A DNA stretch of 64,000 bases, from the NCBI GenBank assembly GCA_002269645.1, contig NIVC01001422.1, forward strand, positions 124,001-188,000, in the 5' to 3' direction. Numbering within the stretch: position 1 is the stretch's first letter; the number at the start of each line of letters is the position of its first letter. The position numbers and the translations under genes were made by a program. The stretch is from Macrostomum lignano. Taxonomy: Eukaryota. The notes beneath the pieces are model-generated. The model had not been told where the DNA came from. It saw nothing but the letters and a program-made list of their open reading frames with translations, and ran no database searches. This document shows, in pieces, positions 55,814 to 64,000 of this stretch.

Positions 55814-58800
55814 ATGGCTGCCGAGGCGACGGATGCGGCTTTGAGTCATCAAAGGCGCCGAGCATCAGCGCTGGTGCAGCCGCCACAAGCGGCAGGTCGC
55901 GGCAGAGTTGACATCAAAAGTCGCGACGGCGTGAGGAATTCACTTCGTGGTGAGGCGACGAAGCGTAACCAAGTTTGCCCGTAGCAACTAAAATAGGTAT
56001 AATTTTGCATCGAGCAGTTATATTACTCAGACCGGAGACTCTAGAAAAATTGCAGGCAGTTATTCAGTCAATTTGTTGTTTTCACTGGGGTTTTCAACTT
56101 CTGTTGAATTGATTCACTTCGCCAATCACTCTGAGAGCATGCTTTCAGACCAGAACTTCCTATTTCCCATTTTTACGATCCAATCGCATTTACGCCGTAA
56201 AAAGATAGGCTACAGTGGACGCCCATGAAACTGTATATGGAAAATATTTTTACTGCAACTTTATGACATTTGCATTGGGTGTTGCATTGTTTAGAATAAT
56301 TAGCCGTATGACAACTGAGGCATGAGGTGGATCCCCTGCCTACGCATGCCTAGTGCAGCTCAGGTCACGCTGAGGATGAAAAATCCTCGCGTACACCTGC
56401 CGTTTCCTGGTTCTCAACAGCCTTTGCAGTCCCGTCCAATAAGACATGGTGGTTGCCGGCAAGGGGACAATAACGTGCATTCTTTTTGGAAGCAATCGAA
56501 ACAAAAATCCAGCTCTCCCGTTTCCTATTTGATTGTTTTTTTACAATCCCCCCCTCTAGCTGAGGATGATGCCTTGCTCAGCATCCCCGCTGCTCTTCAG
56601 TCAATGAAAAACGCCTTGGTTTAGCGCATCTTCCTTCCTCATCAATCCTAACCAATCCCATCATCCCGCACGCTCGGCTCAGCGCACCTCAGCTTACTCG
56701 CTTTGATAGCAAAGGAAAGGCAAAGCGAAAGAACCATTGAAATGAAGTTATAGACGCTCTGGGATGCTATTGCTTCTGCAGTTCATTTATTGAGTTATCC
56801 GCCATCCCGGAAGTCCCACCGGTTGAGCGGGAAGTGCAGCCTGGCTGGATGAGCGGCTAACAACGTCGGTCATCGAATTCGGGCAGCCTTTGCAAGGATG
56901 AACATCGGGCTGACTGTCTGGAAGCTTAAGAGTGAGTTTTATTTAGTTGAGACCGAGACAACATTCTCTGTATCCTAGTTCTGTGGGTCGGCAACCATTT
57001 GAACCTTAAGGGCTAAGAGGCAGATAATTCAGCTTATGGCTGCTGGTCAGCGCTGGCAGTCAGAGTATGTAGGAAAACAGATTAGAGGTGAGAGATGATG
57101 ATAGAGAAGAGAAGGGAGAATAGAGGAGAGAAGAGAGAAGTGAGAGAAGAGGAGAGGAGAAGGGAGAGGAGAAGAGAAGAGGGAGGAGAGGAGAAGGAGA
57201 GGAGTGAATGGAAAATAAAGATTAAGAAAGTTCGGGAGGACAGAGGAGGGAGGAGCAAGTGACACTGCACCAACTTGAGCGTCTCGAATTGTACTAGCGG
57301 AGTTTGCCGACCTTTACATCCGTCAATTTGCTCTGAAGGTGGCTATTGTATGTGTATGTGTAATCATAAACCCGACTTATCAACTCCGAAAAACAAAATA
57401 ATGTTGGACATTGCTAGAACTTTCGAAGTTATGATATTTCGGGCTTGTGATATCTCGGGTTTGTGATATTTCGGGAATTTATGATTGGGCAATGCTATTT
57501 TGGTTTTCGGGAGTTATGATATTTCGGGTTTGTGATGGGAAGTGCTTTCGGAGTTGTGATTTTTCGGGTTTATGATAGCGACCCATTGAGTCTACTGACT
57601 CAATAAAGCGGGCGGGGGGCATCTGGTGTTTACTATTTTACACACTATAACTTTGTATTGAACTGCAGAACTAAATTAATATTCTTGGTTTATGCTTTAG
57701 AAGATTTAAAGGGTGCTGTAAGATGGCTGTCAGCTCCACCTTGTTATTGGGAGGAGTCGTATAGCGCAGAATCGAGGGCTGAGTTATCCAGCTACGGCTT
57801 TAGATTTTGTGTTGAGCCTGAACGGAGAGAAGACAGATGGCAATTTTTCGCTAAGAAAAGGAAAGAGAAGGCGTCGCCATTACCAGTTTATCAATGATGC
57901 GCATGAAATTCTATACCAATACCCGTCCTTTTCATGAGATGCTGCAAGTTCCTTGCATGGAATCGGCAGGATCCAGAGCCAGAAATTTGCGAGACAAAAG
58001 CAGCCATATAAAAAAGAGAAATAGCTGAATGGGGTGTATGAAACTTGCGAGACGGAAGCAAAAAGCGTCCTTAGCTCACTTTTTCTGGCTTTTTGGCAGC
58101 CTCATCAGGTTTAGGAATCTGAAAGATTTGGTATATTGTGAAGGATTTGGTATATTGTGAAGGATTTGGTATATTGTGAAGGATTTTGTATATTGTGAAA
58201 GATTTGGTATATTGTGAAAGATTTGGTATATTGTGAAAGATTTGGTATATTGTGAAAGATTTGGTATATTGTGAAAGATTTGGTATATTTTGAAGGATTT
58301 GGTATATTGTGAAAGATTTGGTATATTGTGAAAGATTTGGTATATTGTGAAAGATTTGGTATATTGTGAAAGATTTGGTATATTGTGAAAGATTTGGTAT
58401 ATTGTGAAAGATTTGGTATATTGTGAAGGATTTGGTATATTGTGAAGGATTTGGTATATTGTGAAGGACTTGGTATAATGTGAAGGATTTGGTATATTGT
58501 GAAGGATTTGGTATATTGTGAAGGATTTGGTATATTGTGAAGGACTTGGTATATTGTGAAGGATTTGGTATATTGTGAAGGATTTGGTATATTGGGAAGG
58601 ATTTGGTATATTGGGAAGGATTTGGTATATTTTGAAGGATTTGGTAAATTGGGAAGGATTTGGTATATTGGGAAGGATTTAGTATATTGTAAAAGATTTG
58701 GTATTGTAGTGAAACTACAACTTAACTTTGATTTGAATTGCAATGTAACGATATATACCGATTTTTTTCGGCAGCAATTGCGTAAGCTGAAGCCGCGTAG

Positions 58801-60657
58801 CGGCTGAAGCTTAGTAGAGCAATTGCTGCCGAAAAAAATCGGTACATGTCATTATTGTACCCTTTTGACTTCCCTTGTCTATGGCCCAGACATAGTGCGG
58901 ATGCTGAGTATGAAATGCGATTGTTGCCGGAATGCGCTTTGAAAGGGTTGTAGAGATAATCAATCGTCTATGGCAAATTTAGTTGCCCTCTAAATGAAAG
59001 GGTTGTAGAGATAATTAATCGTTTATGGCAAATTTAAAGGACAGTGAAGACAGCTAGCCTGGCTGCCATGAGTTTATTCTCAAGTTGATTTTGAGCTTGA
59101 ATTAATTCTCCTATTCGGAGTGCAAATAGGAAAAGTAGCTATGATTCGCTACGCAAACATTCCTGGCGGAAAAATATGTGGACTCTCCACGGACGAGTTG
59201 GCTTTTGTCACCCGAGAGTCGAGCACGCGCTACGTTCTGGAGATGGACAACCTGGATGCGTCGTCCAGTTCCAACGGGCTGCCTGAGCTAGGTAGCGAAG
59301 ATCTGGAAATGCTGGACCGACTTGAGAGTGACTCAGTGCCGAAATCGACCGAGACGCAACGGAAGCTTCACGTGGGTCCAAAGTCACCAAGATTGACGAC
59401 GATGCGGAATCCACCATCGAAAGTGTGACAACTGGGTCTGATAGAGGCGAGCTGATAAAAGCACCGAGGGCGGCCAAGACCTGCCGAGAAGCCTCTGTGG
59501 TGGTCAGTTCCACAACTGCACATTCAACTTTTACGGAAAGTAAAACAATTGATTCGATCGGTTTGTTCTTAAGAACTTTTTGTGACTATGAAACACTTTC
59601 GCCGTGTTGCTATTGTTGTTCCTTGTTTTGATAGCCAAATACATTCGTCTGAAATCCGGCAACAATCGAAAAAAGCCGACAAACAATTAAATTGTTACCG
59701 CAAGTATGAATGCCGGAAACCATAGACAAAAGGGAACAATATATTTTATGAGTTAATGACGAGAGGGCTTGGGGCGAGAAACTTAACTGCGAGAAAGAAC
59801 TGTAAAAGGAAATTAGTCTATGGTAATTTATGACAAACTGAGTTGCAAATAAAAAGTACAACAAAATACCCATAGTATATTGTGAAGGATTTGGTATATT
59901 TTGAAGGATTTAGCATATTTTGAAGGATTTGGTATATTGTGAAGGATTTGGTATATTGTGAAAGATTTGGTATATTGGGAAGGATTTGGGTAGTTCAGAA
60001 GATTTTGGAGTCCACTTTAAAGTAGCTTGAGCACTTCTAAGCAGAAGATCAGTTCAGACAGACTGGGTGGAGCCAATCAGCTAGTGAGACTGCAGTGTTG
60101 AATGATGGCGATGCACTCTCCCGACATTAATGAGCCTGCAATTTGGCTCACGAATTTGAAATTGCCGTGCTTAAGCTCTCATTCATTGTGTAAAAAGGCA
60201 TCATTTTTTGAGTAGCCTTTTTAAGGCCAATTTTATGGTCGATACGAAACGATTGAAGAAGTACCTTAGTTACGAGCAAGAGGCTAGAGATAGGTAAAGA
60301 GATAAGGTATTCTATACCCTATCCCGCTTTATTTTTTGTATATGGGATTCATCAACCCTGTTACTTCGGTTCTGGCAAACTCTGCACTAAGCAGGAGATG
60401 CTGAACTGCCAATGAAACTGGATCACCTCTTCTTCATCTCGTCCCCCCCTCTCTCTCTCTCAATCTTCCTGCGAAAGCCGCTTTCAACCGGGCGACTGCA
60501 TAGCGACCCATTCACCCACCCAGTTTATACTTCCGGCCGCATCTCTCAGCCGCCTCCCCAAACTGAGCTGGCGCAAAATTGCTTTCAACAGCTGAGATCG
60601 GGGCGGCCATGAACTGACAGAGAGCTAAGATATAGAGACCTGGGCACTTTGGTTTGG

Positions 60658-60701
<44 letters not shown>

Positions 60702-63637
60702 CGAGCAGTGACTGCGGTTGCTAAACGAAGGAAGAAAATCAGAATTGCAAATCAACTTGCCAAGCTTTTGGCACATCTGCTGTGGCGTTTATATTGCCAA
60801 CGTGTGTAAGCCATGACACAGGTGTGCCTAATTTCTGGCTCCGTTAGTTCGGTGTTGCCTGACAGTGCCTTGCCAAGCAAAAGTCAAGCACTCCGCCACT
60901 CATTGGGGAGTAAAATAGCGATTGATACCAGCTCAAGCTTGATCCCGGACACACCTGCCATGCAGCCTCACTGGCTGGCTAAGCAGCAGCAAGAGGGCAG
61001 CACCACCCTTGTTGAGGCCCGGGTGAGACCGGGCAACAGTTGTTCAAATGTTTCAATTAAAAGGCATCGCTGCAAATTCATAGTTCAGTTTGACTTCTAT
61101 GACAGCCAGATTAATAGTACATAGTTCGACCTGTCTCCGTGTATGAGTGACATGCTGTTTTAGCCGAAACGGAGGTTCAATTAAAAAAAGCAGGAAAATT
61201 CATGGCTGAAATTGACACATGCAGTGTAGATAGCTCGTTAGGTAGTTAGTTAGCAAGATTGCACCTTATCTATAGATTTCTGATCCAAACTAGACCTTTC
61301 GGTCAGTGGAAAGATAAAAGAATGTATATAAAATAGTAGGGTTAAATCAAAAATTAAAAAGAAACGACGTCTCAGCAAAGCGACTGAGTACGAGAAGCTT
61401 AGTACTAGCTATACTTATACAACATACCATACAATTGACTGGTGAAAGCATGGCAGACAATGAAGCTAACAGTTCAATTAGCAAAGAATCGCCTGAATCT
61501 CAAGATGCAGCAGCTAGCGAGAGCTGCACCAGTGCAGAGCCCAGACGGAGCATTTTCGGGGAGAGAATTCTCGGCTTTAAAGGTGAGAAAAAGATTTGGG
61601 ATTTCGAGCAGAACTGCTACTAGTTGGGACTTTTTCGGCCCTGCTGTCTTCCTTACGTATTTATTCACCCGCCTCTGATTCACCGCCTGGCAAAGCCAGC
61701 CATGCGGTCAGTCACTTCCAAACTCATCAAGTGCATCGAGGATTAATTATGCAGCATTTGGTGAGCACGTCACAATCCTTATACCGTACACCCGCACTGT
61801 CCAAAAACCCTGTACCGGACTGCCGCAGAATTAGAATGAAAGCGCGCGTTAGAACTGAGAAAGAGACATGCAGTGAAGAGAAAGGGAAAGAACTGAAGAG
61901 GCGTTGGTGTGAGTCGTAGTCAATGGTTGAAGGCTTTTGATTCCGGAAGGCAAAATTCTACGCCGCAAAAGAGGAAATGACGCAACAACACAGACATCAG
62001 CGCCAACGTCCGCGAAGTAGATCGCTCGCTGAGCCCGTTGCCGAGCCCGCTGAGTCAAATGCCCCCGTCAGCAGAGTCCTGGGTCGGTCTGCGGATGGCC
62101 GAACCGGGCTGGCCCTGTTCCAGGCCAGCTGGCTCAATGCCTTCGCGTGGGACGACACTCGGCGGCAGCCTCGCCAAGAGTCAGATCACAGCCAGGAGCT
62201 GCTGACGCAACGTTCGCAGGAATCTCTTGCCGATTCTGACTCCATCGCTTTGGAGCTGTTTGACTTCCCCGAAGACGCGAGTCTTGCGGTAGCCGATGCC
62301 GATGAGGGCAAACATCGGGCAGAGTCTCAGTGGATTCTTCGACCGTCATTGGCGATGTCGCAGGTCAAGCTGCAACCAATGACACCGGTTAGCAAGGCTG
62401 TCCCTAAAGTAACGACGTCAGAGAATGCCTCAGAGGTTGCAGCCAACAGTTCGGATGCAGACGGAGTCGACATCACGGATGTGATCGATGCAGCAATTGT
62501 TATTTTCCGGTGTAAGAAGGTTCATTGGCAGGATTTTTCAACTCTCTATTACATACATATATAGTTGCTTAATGGTCTTACAGACCCTACTAAAAAGTGT
62601 CAGAATGTAAAATTTGATTATGTAATCCCCTTTGCCTCTCTGAAGACTCGAAGAGTGTGCACTGAATGACCTTTACGACAAGTGAATTATAGATAAACAT
62701 TTTCTGAAGAAATGTAAGTTTCGTATTAAAAAGCATGCTTAAATGATGAAAGAATATACTTTGTATTAAGTTCGAAGTGTAATGAAGACTGCCCCAATGA
62801 ATATCGAATTAGAATTTGTGATGTTAAGGGTGAGCCAACCTTCCCCAGCAATTCGCTTTGCTCTTTCGCCCTGACCCGAATCTCTATCCACTCAGGTACT
62901 CTGCACAAATTAATAAATGGACGGGTTTGCGGCATTTTATTTGACAGTTTGTTGCCTTTTCTACTATGGGGTGGCTGCACTGCGGCCGAGCTGCTCACTG
63001 GATGGACCGTCTTGTCTTCTTTTGCTTTGCACCCTCCCCCTCGCTTGCTTTTAAAACTTTTGTTGTTATTGAATTAGAGCAAGCGACACCGAGAGGCCCC
63101 CGAGCTTCGGTAGCGGTTTCTCGCCCTCTCTCCGGATTTTATTTGTCTAACATTTTCTTGGAATTCGAATCTCCAAGCAACAGCTTATCAGGCACTTTAA
63201 AGACACAATTTTCCCAATTAATTTGCCTATTTCTTGACTTGAAGGGCCTAAAGAAAGGCCCAGCTCAGCTGCTCAGACATGAGGCGATCAAGCCTTATGA
63301 CCAATGTGAAGAGTTTAAGAGGTATCAACTTATACTCAATTGCAAATTTAATGTGGCATGTCCTCCAATTCTGCCAACACCCAAAATCTTTCCAGATGAG
63401 CAGGAACGAGTTCAGAAGAAGACATTCACCAACTGGATTAACACCTATCTCATCAGTTGCCAGCCGCCATGCAAGATCAGCGATCTGTTCACGGAGATCA
63501 AGGATGGCACCAGGCTGCTATTACTGCTGGAGGTCCTGTCTGGCAACAAGCTGCAGAAGGAGAACCGGGGCAATATGCAGCGGGTGCATTGCCTCAGCAA
63601 TGTCAGAACTGCGCTTAGCTTCCTAGAGTCCAAGCAG
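55814..63637 (+). CDS. SYNE1: 5' part of a nesprin-1/Msp300-like spectrin-family gene: first calponin-homology exon plus candidate alternative first exons
   Basis: Exon 63396-63637 (ttccag|AT GAG...AAG CAG|gtgag) encodes EQERVQKKTFTNWINTYL...PP..I.DLFTEIKDGTRLLLLLEVLSGNKL..E....QRVHCLSNVRTALSFLESK, closest in recall to Msp300/nesprin CH1 (confidence for this exon is high). ATG-starting phase-1 exons lie at 55814-55949, 56898-56931, 61450-61582, 61977-62511 and 63279-63321. The gene continues beyond the window. Confidence 0.75.
57362..57577. repeat. Small MITE-like element with internal GATATTTCGGG repeats
   Basis: Inverted ends ATCATAAACCCGA / TCGGGTTTATGAT with short internal tandem motifs. 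No clear TSD. Confidence 0.45.
58124..58705. repeat. 19-bp minisatellite GAAGGATTTGGTATATTGT (second block at about 59875-59990)
   Basis: About 30 tandem copies; the same unit recurs about 1.2 kb downstream. Confidence 0.95.
58756..58844. repeat. 89-bp palindrome with perfect 26-bp arms, bounded by TA
   Basis: TACCGATTTTTTTCGGCAGCAATTGC ... GCAATTGCTGCCGAAAAAAATCGGTA, with inner TAAGCT/AGCTTA and AGCCGC/GCGGCT pairs. Confidence 0.85.
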
Positions 63638-64000
63638 GTGAGGCAGATTTGAGGCAGAGCCATTCCTCAGCTAACTGCGTGAATTCCGAACTGATGGGTG
63701 CTCACAATCTGAGCAGGGTATACTCCAAAATAAAGAAATGAGCAGAGTAGAAGAGGCTTGGGCTTTCTGAGGTCCAATGAGTACCTATGCCCCCATACCT
63801 GCCCCGGCTCAATGGAGTAGGGACTCATTCTAGTTGCCTTGGCCCGTTGGGCTTGTGTGCTTAGAGCAAGTGAGCTCCTCTGCAGACCCCTTCAAGAAGA
63901 AAACAGACGGGCGACGAGAAGAGCAACAATAAGTGTATTATCTTCTGCCCTTCCTAAACTGCCAAGTTCAACCGATGCTAGTCTTGCAGCTCGTTTGCCA

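Noticed and set aside
62966-63395. N-terminal 140 aa of the 228-aa ORF as part of the CH-domain protein
   Set aside because: A clear acceptor (ttccag) precedes DEQERVQ. The upstream part looks like read-through of intron or UTR sequence.

Overview
This is eukaryotic (animal) DNA. GC-rich exons, 75-90 nt minimal introns and introns packed with simple repeats suggest a free-living flatworm such as Macrostomum; the species assignment is inference. I reconstructed the following genes by hand from splice sites and reading phase. (1) A small secreted PAN/apple-like protein (-, 492-1655). (2) An EFCAB14-like type II membrane/coiled-coil gene with a GC-AG intron (+, 11296-13102). (3) A phospholipid scramblase (-, 14470-18285). 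(4) A 14-exon cadherin of about 3060 aa with about 25 EC repeats (+, 20646-32871). (5) A CCDC15-like gene (-, 34566-36580). (6) CCAR1 (-, 38931-46952). (7) An orphan 129-aa ORF (-, 54322-54711). (8) The start of a nesprin-1/Msp300-like gene with several candidate alternative first exons (+, 55814-63637, continuing past the window). Mobile elements: a full-length LOA-clade non-LTR retrotransposon with target-site duplication (3764-9667), two tRNA-derived SINE families, two decayed mariners, a hAT MITE nested in one mariner, a 1.5-kb foldback element and a P/THAP9 transposase fragment. About 20 micro- and minisatellite arrays explain most of the long low-complexity ORFs in the track. The most notable observations are: a complete HDV-like ribozyme fold whose G1 is exactly the first base of the retrotransposon; homologous minisatellites in inverted orientation on both sides of internal exons; a RIP-like CpA-to-TpA mutation signature in one mariner; a splice acceptor formed from a (TAC)n microsatellite; and a minisatellite derived from a SINE 5' end.
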